DNA of 63,669 nt, filler included, from Octopus bimaculoides (Eukaryota): NCBI RefSeq assembly GCF_001194135.2. It is 4 parts of 4 records of this genome, joined end to end, with 100 filler letters (N's around TTAATTAATTAA, not from the genome) between each part and the next. Parts side by side here need not be neighbours in the genome. Positions count along the whole stretch, not along the records: positions 16,815 to 42,693 come from NC_068988.1; 3 more parts are not named here. One strand, written 5' to 3'. The notes beneath the pieces are model-generated. The model did no database searches. It saw only the letters and a list, made by a program, of their open reading frames with translations, and was not told where the DNA came from. Every line of letters begins with the position of its first letter. The first letter of the stretch is position 1. Of this stretch, positions 22,971-37,407 are shown piece by piece. Both the position numbers and the translations under genes were made by a program.

Positions 22971-23615
22971 AGCCGCCGACAACCTGAATATACCTTATTA
23001 GTATCAGCCACCCAAAGCACCAAGGTTACTGTTGCAAATTAGGCCCCATGAACAGCACCGGAAATCATCAATTCCCAACAGTTCCTCATGCTTTTCTACA
23101 CGCATACTCTCACTTTTTATGCATGACCACACGAGTATGGGTGCGTGTGCGCGTACGTATGCGTGAATGCGCATATGTATCTTCTCACCGTACACGAATG
23201 TGTGTGCACGGGTATATTCATTATTTTAACAGTCATAGACTCTCTTTTTTAAACAAATATCAAGGTAGTTTAACTATATTTAATGTGCCAAAAAATAGCA
23301 ACGATCACATAAAGATATTTTAATGCATACAGCGAATCAAATAGCCATAGCGGCAAATTCACTTGCTAATTCTTGGATAACGATGGAAAGGAAATATATC
23401 ACATGAGTTCCAAGCTTCAGTAAGTTTTAATAAGTTGTCCAATATAATTTATTTTTGGTATGTATAAACAATAAACCGGGGGCATTTGCACAGAAAATTT
23501 AATTCAACAAAATAACTGATTTCCTCATCTGAAATAACGAAATAAAACTTGAAATGAAAACATTGCAGTGAATAAATATTAAGTAGGTTATTATTAATGA
23601 ATACAATTAGAGCCG

Positions 23616-23669
<54 letters not shown>

Positions 23670-24419
23670 TGAGAGACTGTGTTGCAAATGAAAACGAAAA
23701 ATTTTGCAGGACATTTTAATATTGTTTATCGAATGCTAAAACCTACTCTTCAGTGAACGTAAAGCTTGACAACAAATATTTAAATTTGTGATAGTAAATA
23801 ATAACCAGACGCTTCAAAAATGCCTTTGTATTGATATATATTAACAGAGGAATTAATAAAAAAAACTCCAGAGTCAGACCAATAATATGGTTATTATGGA
23901 GGGTGTGACTAACTAACTAACTTAGATCGCAGAAATTTATATGTTGTTATATAGTTGAGTCAATCTGTTATATATATTTATCATTAATAATTGGTAGAAG
24001 TTACATAGTTACATAAATAGACAGATAGATGGATGGTTATACACACAATCAAATACACACACACACACAAGTCTGGTGCTGTGAGAACACATAGGAATGG
24101 CGTTTCCTTACGTTTTCAAATATACCCAAATTTAAAATGATCTAATATAACAATATCATTCATCCGGCATGTATTGAAATATGCCAAAACAATTTAATTC
24201 CTCACAAATATATGTCATTTTATATATAATTTATGTGTTACTTCTATTTACTGAAACTTGCTAAAAAGCATGTTTTGCTTTAAATTAGTATATCCTTGTA
24301 GATATAATTGTTAGTGATCATACTGTTTCTCTTTCTCTCAGCCAATATTTTTACATTAGCCTTCTTTTGAACTGTAGATAATGCAACAGACAGGTGAGCA
24401 TGTGAGAAGAATTGTGTCC

Positions 24420-25200
24420 GAAGATATATTCCAATTTGTTCAAAAGTATTTCCCTATGCCGCGCTGCACATCAAGGCAAAAGCTGCAAATTGTCTGTGTG
24501 AATGGAAATTCCATTTCTTGAGAGACATGTCGTATTCTTGGGATTAGCAGAGCTGATCCTACATAAGGACCAGGAACAACCTCAGCCTCAATAATTTGAT
24601 CAAGTAAACTGACAATGACATAGCGTATAACATTGTAATGTCCATTAGTAGCATCTAAGTTTCTCAGAAGCACTATGCAGCATTTTGTCTTCAGTTTGAA
24701 GTGTGATGGAAACACTGATGGTGTAAGTTTGTTGATAACATCGACTGTGTACAGAGTTTCATTATCAACAGTATTTCAGCTTCTGTATATGTTTAGCTTA
24801 CAAGGGATCCTGGTCAACAGAAAATCATTCACAAATTGTGCTGCTTCATATTTTGGAATAACAATGGTTCTACTTGGAAGCCACACAAAGTTGTGAAGTA
24901 ATTTTTGAGGTCAGCTATACAAAATCACATAGATGTGGAAGAGTACCACTTTCAAGGTAAAAGTCACTGGGTAGTTTGATTTTGAATTCAGCTAAGCTTT
25001 GTTAAACAGATATGTAATTAGCAAACTCTCCTTCATCAGAATGACCTCCTCTAAGAAGTCTTAGATTAGTTGTCAACTCTATTACATCCACATGATCGCT
25101 AAGAAAATATCTCTTTAGTGTTGCATCAACAATTTGTGGTCTGACACCGTTATTTTGAAGTAGAATATTCTCCTCCCGAGATACCCTAACCAGTCGGTGA
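24420..25200 (-). mobile_element. Helitron PIF1-type helicase remnant
   Basis: PSHFKLKTKCCIVLLRNLDATNGHYN..RYVI...IIEAEV..GP..G..LLIPRI...EFPF. Confidence 0.8.
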
Positions 25201-25414
25201 TGTGTAGCGGAATCACAGAAACATGTCTACGTGGGTTTGTGCATGAGAGAGAGAGAGAGAGAGGGGGGAGGGGAGAAGAGTAAAGATAACAGGCAAGATA
25301 TTGCTGTTTGGAACAGATAAGAAAAAGTATGTACCGGTGTATAGGTCAGCAGTCACGGTAATGTAAATATCTCTTTGAAAATCAAATAGAGAAAGAATAA
25401 CTATATACAATTGC

Positions 25415-25600
25415 TTCGATATCCTCAGTTTCCATATCCAAATTATAAATTAGCATCTTTAGTAACAATAATTGGTACACTTGATTTTGTAAGTAAATGC
25501 CTAAGTGGCATTCTGGATTGCCTAGGGTTCTTAATAAAAGAAATTAACCAACTAGTATGCAAGACGTTTTCAAGTCCAAAATGTGACATTCTTTTTGTTA
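25415..25600 (+). mobile_element. 3' end fragment of an RLE-type non-LTR retrotransposon
   Basis: YPNYKLASLVTIIGTLDFVSKCL...LGF. A homologous piece lies on the minus strand at ~51440-51580 (YPDYKFTFTPIMIGALAFVSK). Confidence 0.55.
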
Positions 25601-25733
25601 TCTACATTTCAACGATGGCTGTTTGTATCATTGTTTGAAGCCCGCTCTTACCTCACAGTAAGAATTTAAATACTTAAAGCAAAGCGAACATACGCTTTCT
25701 CACTATTTCTTTTTCTCTCTCCCCCCCACACAC

Positions 25734-25789
<56 letters not shown>

Positions 25790-26547
25790 GTGTGTATATA
25801 TATATGAAAATAATATCTTTATTAATAATTAGCAGAAGTAACAGAGTGACCTAAATGTCCGAGAGTTACGTTCGTTAACACTTATCAACATTTAATAAGT
25901 GCCAACGCATGGAACTCTCGGACCTTGAGTCATTCTGTTACTTATACTAGATATTAATAAAAATATAATATTGCTTTATATATACGATTCATTTCTTTGA
26001 AAAGGATTCCTCAATGTTAACCTACAGTATCGACGTTGCAACGGCGAAATTTTATATATTCATTTGCGAAATCTCTTTGTATCTCATTGTTTTCATTTGC
26101 TATTTGTAAACAGCTACGATAAATCACCGAAAGAAATATTTACTAAGTTCACCAATTTGGCTTGAATCTGTTCACTTTGTTAATTTCCGTAGAAAATTTT
26201 AATTTATTTAATTTTGCACGTCGTGTTCAGCTCTTTGTATTTATAGTCAGTCACACATGCATGTGTGTGTTTGTATGTACGTTTATATATGTATGTTTAT
26301 ATTTGTATACATCTATATATGTATATGTGTGTGTGAGAGAAAGAAGCGGTTTGTTGTCTTGTATACGTACATGCATAAATACTTGTGCATACAACTTTTT
26401 TGATATGTATGTGCGTGTGTGTGTGTGACGGAGGGAGGGAGATAGAGTGATGTTTAAGTGGCACTCACTCTCCCTCACTCTCACACACAAACGCACATAC
26501 ACATACATAAAAATGTATGCATATTTATTTATACATTACTTATACAT

Positions 26548-26933
26548 AGGAGGCGCAATGGCCCAGTGGTTAGGGCAGTGGACTCGCGGTCATAGGATCG
26601 CAATTTCGATTCCCAGACCGGGCGTTGTGAGTGTTTATTGAGCGAAAACACCTAAAACTCCACGAAGTTCCAGCAGGGGATGGTAGCGAACCCTGCTGTA
26701 CTCTTCCACCACCACATTCTCTCAATCTTTCTTTCTGTTTCTGTCGTACCTGTAATTCAAATGGCCAGCTTTGTCACACTGTGTCACGCTGAATATCCCC
26801 GAGAACTACGTTAAGATTACACGCGTCTGTGGATTGGTCAGCCACTTGCACGTTAATTTCATGAGCAGGCTGTTCCGTTGGTCGTATCGACTGGAACCCT
26901 CGACGTCATAAGCGACGGAGTGCCAACAACAAC
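26548..26933 (+). mobile_element. Full-length ~385-bp tRNA-derived SINE
   Basis: A-box TGGCCCAGTGG (26559-26569), B-box-like TTTCGATTCCC, a unique body and a (CAA)n tail. Confidence 0.8.
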
Positions 26934-27119
26934 TTATACATGTCAACACACCTCATCACTCGCTCACTTACACTCTCTCTCTCGTTCTCACACACATACA
27001 CGTCCATTTTATCTGATGTTTGATACTGTGTGGGAACGTGCTTGCGGCGTTCCACAATCGCCACTTATTTCAATCACTATTGTGAAGATATTCAAGTAAC
27101 TCGTTTCTTAAAAATTTGA

Positions 27120-29751
27120 TCCCCAATTTAATTTTCAAGGTAGTCAATGTGGACATCTACAACTCTGTTAACTCTATTAAGTATGTTTGCAAATATATAA
27201 GCAAAAGTTTAGATGTTGCAACATTCACTTTTATGCAGAATGGCAGTCAGCAATAATTAAAAATGACGAAGTTATCTTCACTACACAGTAAAATGACGAA
27301 GTTGCACTGTATGACAAAGAAGGGTACATCAGTACCAATGAGTCTTTTTGGCGCATCTTCAATTTTCTCATTCATGAGAGACACCCAACCATCATACATC
27401 GAGAGAATGATCACAGAGTTATCTTTACATAACGAACAGCCTTGCAGCGAGCACGTTCTCCAGCAGAAAGTACCCTTACTGCACTTTTTAAGTTGTGTGA
27501 TGTAGATGAAGATGCAAGAAAACTCCATTACCCACAATTACCCAAGTAGTACACCTGGAGAAACAATAAATGGCACAAGAGGAAACAAAGGGGCTGATCC
27601 TCTTGTAAGAGTTTACAATGTCCACCTAAGCCAAGCAGAATACTACTACTTACGGCTCCTTTTGCATGTAGCTCGTGGTCCCAATTCATGCCAAGATTTG
27701 TAGAGGGTAAAAGGTCGTGTGTGTGAAGTTTATAGGGAAGCATACTATCAGCAAGGTGTTTTTTAGAAAATGATGAGCATTGGGACCTTGCAATTACTGA
27801 AGCATCAGTATCAGAATCTCCAAGCAACATCCGTGACATTTCTGCAATTATACTGGACATGTGTCAACTTCGCAGTCCCCTACAGCTTTGGATGAAACAT
27901 CGTGAGGACATGGCTGAGGACCTAGAGTATGCAGTTCAACAAGCAAGGCCAGATATCAATGTTCAGTTCTCTGAAGCAATTTTTAACTGATTGAAATTGA
28001 GGATCAAGGTTTGGTCATGGGATGCAAAAATGTGCAAGAGTTTGGCTCTGGACTGCCAAAAACAAACTACCAAATTAGTTATTTAGCTTCAAGAAACATA
28101 GCATGAGAGACAAATTATGACACTACAGATTTGGCTGCATTTGATAATGAACATGAACCTGAATTTCTTCCAGAACGCTGTGCATATGATAAAATTATTT
28201 CGTTAGTCAGAGAAAATAGTGGAGACATTCTCTTTTTTGATGCTCCTGGTGCCACAGGTAAAACATTTGTAACAACATTGCTTCTCTCCAAGATAAGGTA
28301 ACAGAAAAGAATTGCAGTTCCTGTGGCATCGTCTGGTATTGCTGCTACCATTCTCCCAGGAGGACGAGCAGCTCATTCTGCTTTTAAATTACCGTTAAAA
28401 CTGGTGACAAATGACAGTCCAATTTGTAACATAAACAAAGGTTCAGGTTCAGCAGAAGTGTTGCACCAATGCCTCCTGATCATTTAGAATGAATGCACCA
28501 TATCACATAGAGGTGCAATACAAGCTCTTGATAAGACCTTACAGGACATAAGAGGTAACAATACATCTATGAGAGGAGTTACATTAGTTTTATCAGGAGA
28601 CTTCAGAAAGACATTAATAGTCATTCCGAGATGAGCAAGACCTGATGAAATGAAGGCATGCATTAAGTCTTCACACCTTTGGAAATTCTCCTTCAAAACT
28701 GACGTGCGAGCTCTGTTACGTGGGGACCAATGTGAAGAAGAGTTTTCAACTTGGCTCCTCCAATTAGGAAATGAGAAAGTACCATTTGATGAGATTGGTG
28801 ATATCAGTTTGGCTCATATTACTATCGCGGTGAATTTCCTAGCTGAACTGAAGAACAAGGTATTTCTAGACTTTATTAATAATTATAATTCACATAAATG
28901 ATTGTTTGAACGGCCGGCAATTTTTACTTCAAAAAGAATGAAAGTAGCAAGGATTAACCATGAATTAATGAATAAGTTTCCAACAATCATTAAGGAGTAC
29001 AAATCAGTTGATTCAGTCCTTGATGAAAATCAAGCTGTCCATTACACAACAGAGTTCTATAATTCTTTTGAGCCACCTGGAACTCCTTCACTTGAACTTT
29101 CCGGAAGGTAGGAGTCCTAAAAATGCTTCTAGGAAATTTCGATCCTCCTAAATTATGCAACAGTACAAAGTTGATTGTGAAGGTATTATCACCTAATGTG
29201 ATAGAAACTACTATCATCATTAGATGTACCTCTGGAGAACTGGTTTTCATTCCAAGAATCACAATCAATCCAATAGACATGCCGTTTGAGTTCAAACGAA
29301 CACAATTACCAGTGCGACTTTGCTTTGCAATGTCTATTAATAAAGCTCTAGGCCAGGCTTTGTAATCTACTCGCTTGCACTTAATTGAGCCTTGCTTTTC
29401 CAATGATCAACTTTATGTTGGTTGCCCAGGGTTGGTAGATTTCAAGAATTATTTATCTATACTCTAAATCAGAAAACAATAGTTGTTTACCCAGGAGCAC
29501 TTACGTAATGTCCCTCAATATATGTGATATAATTAATCTCCCTTCATAAAACTGCTAAATTTTGTATTTTTCTTTATTATTATATTGTTTATTTATTTAT
29601 TCATTTGTATTATGAATTCAGAATTGATTTTCCAATTGAAGAATAGATTGAATTTAGAATAACAAATTTCAATACAATACATTTTGCTCTTTTCTTCTTC
29701 CAATATATAAGGAACAATTTTGTTCCCGGGCAACGCTGGGTACCTCTGCTA

Positions 29752-29752
<1 letters not shown>
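27120..29752 (+). mobile_element. 5'-truncated, decayed Helitron (Rep end + PIF1 helicase + 3' terminus)
   Basis: IKYVCKYI (Rep), RVYNVH...YYLRLLLHV.RGP, DAPGATGKTF (Walker A), VASSGIAAT.LPGGRAAHSAFKLP, SGDFR and Q.PVRLCFAMSINKA.GQ. The 3' hairpin CCCGGGCAACGCTGGG + CTAG lies at 29725-29752. Confidence 0.92.
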
Positions 29753-29836
<84 letters not shown>

Positions 29837-31682
29837 AAACAGAACGCTATTAAGTATTTCAAAAAGCCGTTAGTAGATATGACCTGTAGGAAGAAGAGTG
29901 AAAGAAGAACTTAATCCTCAAACTATATAGATTGATAGAAATCACCTATATGAGCTAAAGGTCTGTTTCTGCACAGGTTTACATCGGTAAGAACGCTCTG
30001 TAATCGTGTTTATACAAGTAGATTCTTAGAAAAGAGAATGTGGAGCAGTTCAGAATTACAAATATTACAGAATTTTGTACATTTATCGTAAGGGAAAGAA
30101 ATTGACAGGATGAACAATCTAAATTAAATTTCTTATTATTATCTTTAAGATGCCAAATCAATTTACTAAGTCCTGTGCTATTGCGTTTACTACTATCCCT
30201 AAATGTACAATAATGATTGGAAAGTCATTTAGATAACTGAGAAGAAGAAGCACCAATATAAAAATAGACTTCGGTAACGGAAGTAATTTTACACTGATAT
30301 ATAGAATTCATAATCTTAGAATTATTAGACATAAATCTAATTCGATTTGAGACTCTTCATTCACTGATGAGAAGATTACATTATTTTACACCATTTGTTC
30401 CTTTGGAATAATACCAATGTTGTTTTCGAAACATATGTCGGAAGTAAAAGAATTTGAATAAAACCTGCGTTTAACTCCATCTTATCTATACTATACAAAT
30501 TACTGCACATTAACCCGGAGTTTCTGCTTTGAACAGGTTGCTACATCTTTGTTACTTGCCTGAATTTTGGTATCCAGGTAAATGTTTATTGAATTTTCCG
30601 TGTTAACTATAAACAAAGGAAAATTCACTCATCCATTTACATGTATGTNNNNNNNNNNNNNNNNNNNNNNNNNNNNNNNNNNNNNNNNNNNNNNNNNNNN
30701 NNNNNNNNNNNNNNNNNNNNNNNNNNNNNNNNNNNNNNNNNNNNNTATATGTATGTATGTATGTATGTATGTATATAGCAATGGTGAACAAACCCGGAGG
30801 CTTCATTAGTTATGGAGAAAAGCGACTACCAATGTCATTGTTATAGAATAATAATTATATAATAATATATCATAATACTATATAGTTATTATTGTATAAA
30901 TATATATAAACATATATATTGAATATATATATATATATATATCTTTTTTCTGTTGAAATCATTCTCGAAGTACGTTGCTTTAGGTGAACGAGGCATCACT
31001 TAACTTTTGTCTGTTTGTTTTATATACGGTTGTATCGATATTCTCGCTACACAAATATGGATGCACTGCAAAATTGCTAGGGAATAAGGACGGTGAACAA
31101 AGAGAAAGTTGGAGAGAGAAGGAAAAAATTGAGTAATGTAAGATTTGGAATGGATTTACATTTGTGCTTCTGCCTTACGCCTTAGGGGTTGATCTTCGAT
31201 GTTACTCGAATCCATTTATGCACGAAAAAACCCCTATTTTTTCATGTTTCCCCTGCAGTCTTACGTTGTATTTGCAATCTGACTCAACGCTATCTTCTTT
31301 TTATTACTTTCAAGCTGGATAGTCTGACGAACAGAGACACACGTTAAATAACAAATCTAATGTTATATAAACGTTGCATATGAATCATTTTATTCAGATG
31401 CATCTTTGTCCTAAATCGATTAATTATCTTTTGTAAGAGAGGGAATCTATTTCATATTGATTTCACTGATGAAGACAATTAAGATCGAAATTCGTACATT
31501 TAATTACGAGATAATTATTACTATTCAGAAATCAGAAAGTTGCTTATGAAAGCATGCCTTCTACAAATATTTGCATTATATCCTCTTTAAACATATGTTT
31601 TATGCTACAATGTTTATTGTCGAACTACTATCGCAAATGACAAACGCCGGGTATCTATTGGCAAAGATTCAGATGTCAAAGT

Positions 31683-31718
<36 letters not shown>

Positions 31719-33584
31719 TGTATCGATGTACTCACCATTTTAAATATTCATCCATGGGACAGGTATATGTCTGCAATGTATCGCACTATGCACGTGTATA
31801 CATATAAAGCCTGCATTGACAAACACGTGTCTGTAGGGTAAAAGCTTTGCTCAGAAGCATGCTGCCTGGGTTTGTATATTTACATAACCTGTGGAAAGAC
31901 TAAATGTTTTGACTGACAGCCGTCGGATAGACTGTATCTGTTGTGTTAAGGTCCTTCCTTGTCACACTGCTGTCACACTACTTGTGCCGGAGATTTTTGG
32001 TTAAAGATTTATGCCTAAAGAATGCTGAGTCACTGCATTCGTCAATTCAATGGGACATGTCCTCGGGGTCGAACATAACGATCGTCAACCATTGAAAGCA
32101 TTATGAGAATCCATCATGTATATATATATTCATACGTGTGTGTGCACGCTTGTTGTGTCTATGTGTTTGTGTCTATGTGTATACATGATATATATATATA
32201 CCTAGGCATGCAATCAACAGGTGACATAGAGATACTACACATACACACACGTACACACACATATGTACACGCACACACATACGTACCTCACTAACGAACT
32301 ACACCTAACAAAATGTATATTAATTGAAATACATGAAAACGAGATTAAAAATCGAGGTATCTTGTGTCAAGACATCTGACAAGACATATTTGCAGCTATA
32401 ATGCACTACAACTGTTGGTACAGTAAAGTACCCCCGGGTCAACGGTGCACGATAGGGCGAAACGATCGTAGTGAATGAATGTTAAAGAGTCCCGTGAATT
32501 CCACTTTCTTTCTCTCATATTTTATAAACTTCATGGATAAGAAAGAATTTCTGAAGTAAATTCAGGGGGACTTGCACCCATAGTGTTGAGTACAGAGAAC
32601 GGGCTTTAAACGGCATTCTACAAAGTGTATACTTAGATTTAAAACGGTTAGGAAACATCGTAACGGATCAGTACTGGCTACTATTTCTGTAGAAAATGTG
32701 TAGAGATAAACACAAACAATTATTTAATAGTACTGCTAACACGGTTGGATACAGTATTGACTAACAAAACCTTTAATAAACTTGGTGGTAAATTTTGGTT
32801 GCATAACTTAATACGGTGTCCCTACAAGTATTACACGCACACGCGTAAACACACTCACACGCACACGCATAAACACACTCACACGCACACAAGTACATAT
32901 ACATGAGCACACATATATAAATACATTCAAATGCACAAATATATTCCCGTAGCGATAGGAATTGATTTAAGAAAGCAGCTAGATGAGGAAACAGGTAGAC
33001 ATTCGCTGAATAGATTGATCAATATAAACATCGTTAGGCAAATAGTTAGGTAGTTAGAGAGTTTGATAAATAAATAAATAGATAAATGTGTATCCACTTA
33101 GACAGATAACTGATATAATATGCAGTAGAACAAATATTTTCATGTGTATTAATGCATGCATACACACTCACGTGGAGATACACATACACACATAACCACA
33201 TATATATTTGTAATTGCATTTCACTTTGTGTAGATGAAAAAACATAACGTATATATCCTTCAGCAAAATGAACGAAAAGCGAACTAAAAACACATCTCTA
33301 CATATTTATCGATTAAGCTAGAAGCAAATTGATGGAAGTAGTAAATGCTTTGCTTACAAAATACACATGTTCATGAAAATTAATGTTTTATTTTATTATT
33401 ATTTTTTGTTTGATGTTTGTGTTATTGAATTTTTTGTTATTGCAAAGTTTATTGTTGGGATTGTCGTAGTTGTTCGTGTAGAATATGTTGCTCATGATGC
33501 CTTCCTTTTCCCGAGATCCTTATTAAATAAGGAGTATTTATTGTGTCCTTTTATGTTCTCCAGTTTCGCTGCTTACATTATATT

Positions 33585-33618
33585 GTGTTGTTGTTGTTGT
33601 TGTTGTTGTTATTATGAA

Positions 33619-33666
<48 letters not shown>

Positions 33667-33680
33667 TATTATTATTATTA

Positions 33681-33717
<37 letters not shown>

Positions 33718-33750
33718 TATTATTATTGTTATTATTACTATTATTACTAA
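33585..33750. repeat. (TGT)n/(TAT)n trinucleotide microsatellite
   Basis: Read directly. It explains the poly-C/Y/N ORFs. Confidence 0.95.
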
Positions 33751-33960
33751 GGCGGTGATGTGGCAGGATCATTAGAAAACCGGGGGAAATGCCTAGCGGT
33801 ATGTCGCCCGTCACTACTTTTTGAGTTCAAATTCCGCCAAAGGTGACTTTGCCTTGTATCCTTTCGGGGTTGATAACTTAACTACCAGTTACACATTGGG
33901 TCTATGTAATCGACTGCATCTCTTCCTCCATATTTGTGCCCTTGTACTTCTACTAGAAAG
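33751..33960 (+). mobile_element. SINE, same family as 19034-19260
   Basis: GGCGGTGATGTGGCAGGATCATTAG head, GTTCAAATTCCGCC B-box-like motif, shared core and a (TAT)n tail. Confidence 0.75.
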
Positions 33961-34048
33961 GATTATTATTATTATTATTATTATTATTAGAGTCAAAATT
34001 AAAAGAAGAGTGCCATTTGTTATCTGGTGAACGATATTTCGACATCTC

Positions 34049-34121
<73 letters not shown>

Positions 34122-34389
34122 GTTGTTGTTTTTTTATTTCTTCTTCAAATTTTCTTCCATTTCTCGTCGAGTGTTTTCCGTACACCTACAGCAGAGAAGC
34201 TCATTGCATGCATTCCCAGATTACACACGCAAATTCACAGGTAAATTATGTATGTAAAAAAATTAATAAAGAAATAAATTCATGAATAGATGTTGTTTTC
34301 AGAGCGATAATGCTCTTCTCAGTACATGAGTCGTTCCAGTTAACACGATTTTTTTGCACTTCCTGATGGGATGGTAAGCCTGGTATCAA

Positions 34390-34870
34390 TTTCAATTAGG
34401 TTTCAATACCCTTTTTTATCATTCCTAGAAATTCTACAATCACTGGTACGGTAGTTGCCTTGAGATGCCACATTTTCAAAATTTCTATTAGCAAGAATTT
34501 ATATTGACTGATCTTGTCAAATTCTTTCGCCGCTATATTGTGATCGCAAGGAATACTCATGTCAATTAATAAACACACCTTTTTTGTCTGATCTTGTATA
34601 ATAATATCCGGTTTATTAGCTTTTATAGTTTTGTCGGCATGTACGAGTAAGTCCCAGAGAATCGACACATTTTCTTTCTCAGTCACTGCTTCAGGATGGT
34701 GTTTACACCATTTGTCAGCGGTTTTAATTTTATAATGCCAACATATTGTCCACTATAAATACTGGCCGACTCTGTCGTGTCTTGCTTTATATTCTAAAGG
34801 TGCTAAGTCTCTACACCCAGAGATTAGGTGGTCTATAGTTTCAATCGCATCGTTACAGAATCGACATTTT
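34390..34870 (-). mobile_element. R4/Dong-type RLE endonuclease fragment
   Basis: YKARHDRVGQ, ILWD...KANKPDII, LLIDMSIP and VPVIV..LGMIKKG. Confidence 0.85.
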
Positions 34871-35020
34871 GTGTCAGTTCCATTTTTTTATCATATTGGC
34901 TTGGCAGCAGTAGTAGCAATAGTAGCAGTAACAGCAGCGTTAGGAGTACTAGTAGTAGTAGTAGTGGCAGTAGCATTAGTGGCATTATAATAATAATAAT
35001 AACAATAACAATAATAACAA

Positions 35021-35051
<31 letters not shown>

Positions 35052-35289
35052 AATTATTATTATTATTATCATCATCATCATCATTATTATTACTATTATT
35101 ATTATCAACATCATCATCATCATCATTATTATTATTACTATCGTTCTGACTTCAAATTCTGCCGAGGTCGACCTTGTTTTCATCCTTTCGGGTTCGAGTA
35201 AATAAGCACCAGTTGAACACTGGGTTCGATGTGATCGACTTAATCTCTTCCCCAAAATTTGAGGCCTTGTGCTTCCAGTAGAAACGATT

Positions 35290-35520
35290 ATTATTATTAT
35301 TATTGTTGTTCAGTAGTTTTATTTTTATAACGTGCTTTCACTTCACTAGCGAGCGCAGCTCTGTGTGCCTTGGGGATGTGCTGTGGTTTGCTGTGATGCT
35401 CTTATGGTTACTGTATTGAAAGTGTTTTGCGTAGGATGTGTGCAACTGGTGTTTTTGTTATGTATTTCTCTGAATATTTTTTTATTATACCTAAGGCACC
35501 TACTATGATAGGAATTGTTT
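35290..35520 (-). mobile_element. 3' end and UTR of an R4/Dong-type LINE family
   Basis: Reverse-complement match to 42880-43075, which encodes the ORF end (LLGTAHILHKTLSIQ*) and an (AAT)n tail. Confidence 0.7.
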
Positions 35521-36459
35521 CTGTTTTTAGATTTCACATTCGAGTTACCTCTATTTCCAGGTCTTTAGTTACCTCGATTTCNNNNNNNNNNNNNNNNNNN
35601 NNNNNNNNNNNNNNNNNNNNNNNNNNNNNNNNNNNNNNNNNNNNNNNNNNNNNNNNNNNNNNNNNNNNNNNNNNNNNNNNNNNNNNNNNNNNNNNNNNNN
35701 NNNNNNNNNNNNNNNNNNNNNNNNNNNNNNNNNNNNNNNNNNNNNNNNNNNNNNNNNNNNNNNNNNNNNNNNNNNNNNNNNNNNNNNNNNNNNNNNNNNN
35801 NNNNNNNNNNNNNNNNNNNNNNNNNNNNNNNNNNNNNNNNNNNNNNNNNNNNNNNNNNNNNNNNNNNNNNNNNNNNNNNNNNNNNNNNNNNNNNNNNNNN
35901 NNNNNNNNNNNNNNNNNNNNNNNNNNNNNNNNNNNNNNNNNNNNNNNNNNNNNNNNNNNNNNNNNNNNNNNNNNNNNNNNNNNNNNNNNNNNNNNNNNNN
36001 NNNNNNNNNNNNNNNNNNNNNNNNNNNNNNNNNNNNNNNNNNNNNNNNNNNNNNNNNNNNNNNNNNNNNNNNNNNNNNNNNNNNNNNNNNNNNNNNNNNN
36101 NNNNNNNNNNNNNNNNNNNNNNNNNNNNNNNNNNNNNNNNNNNNNNNNNNNNNNNNNNNNNNNNNNNNNNNNNNNNNNNNNNNNNNNNNNNNNNNNNNNN
36201 NNNNNNNNNNNNNNNNNNNNNNNNNNNNNNNNNNNNNNNNNNNNNNNNNNNNNNNNNNNNNNNNNNNNNNNNNNNNNNNNNNNNNNNNNNNNNNNNNNNN
36301 NNNNNNNNNNNNNNNNNNNNNNNNNNNNNNNNNNNNNNNNNNNNNNNNNNNNNNNNNNNNNNNNNNNNNNNNNNNNNNNNNNNNNNNNNNNNNNNNNNNN
36401 NNNNNNNNNNNNNNNNNNNNNNNNNNNNNNNNNNNNNNNNNNNNNNNNNNNNNNNNNTA

Positions 36460-37340
36460 ATGCTGACATATTGTCCAGTGTAACTACTGGCCAACTCTGT
36501 CATGTCTTGCTTTATATTCTACAGGTGCTAACACTCTACACCCTGAGATTAGGTGGTCTATAGTTTCAATCGCATCGTTACAAAATCGTATTATTATTAT
36601 TATCATTATTATTATTATTATTATTATTATTGAGTGAGAGAGCAGTGCATACCACCAATGTGTTACTGGGGTAAAATTTACAAAGTCCAGTATACCCATC
36701 ATGACTACCCGTCTAAGAAGTGTACACCAGGCGTATGCATGACAACCATGTGTACGGGACATCGTGATCTAATATCAAGATTAAAAGCGCATGATCTCGC
36801 AGGTGGCGCCCAGTTAGAATTTGCCAATCCTATTATGTTTCTTTTTCTTGATATCAACAGCCACGTCTTCTGCTACAACAATACTTGCTGCCTTAATCAA
36901 ATTATTAGTTTGTGATGTTGTTTGTTCTGATGTATTTCAGAATTTCATTGATATTTTTCGTTTCTTGGTTCAATTTCCATCGACCAACCTGTAATCTTAC
37001 CTTTATTCTGTCGTAGATTGCCTTTTGTTCATCTGTCATGTCGCCATTAGTTTTATTGTCTTCTTTTTGATCATCTATATGTGTCTCATCAAGTAAATTA
37101 CCACTGCTCAGTTCCTGTACTATGAGATTACTCTTATTAGTAAGAACTGTATCTTCATTGTTATCTCTGCTACTATTTTCCATGACCCGTTTTTTGATAG
37201 CTTCAAGCTCTACTTCTGCGAACCAACATTTTTTTCTTATTGCTCTAGCTTGATCACATAGACTCTGTTCCGTGATTTCAAACAACCCCCTTTCTCTCCA
37301 ATGATCATACATACGCTGTCGGTAACCCCTAATTTGAGAA
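36460..37340 (-). mobile_element. Further R4/Dong-type fragments (RHD region 36460-36590; N-terminal region 36905-37340)
   Basis: 36480-36580 is a near copy of 34770-34860. MYDHWRERGLFEITEQSLCDQARAIRKK is the N-terminal motif of this group. Confidence 0.75.
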
Positions 37341-37407
37341 CCATTTCCATCTACTGATTGTGATTATTATTATTATTATTATTAATATTGCTCCCATTTG
37401 TATCCTT

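Noticed and set aside
26548-26620. tRNA gene-like sequences (also ~61345-61410 and the CORE SINE heads)
   Set aside because: No complete cloverleaf or acceptor stem, and each continues into a SINE body, so they are SINE heads.
33367-35255. Poly-Y/N/I/C ORFs
   Set aside because: Translations of (TAT)n/(TGT)n/(ATC)n microsatellites, open in several frames on both strands.
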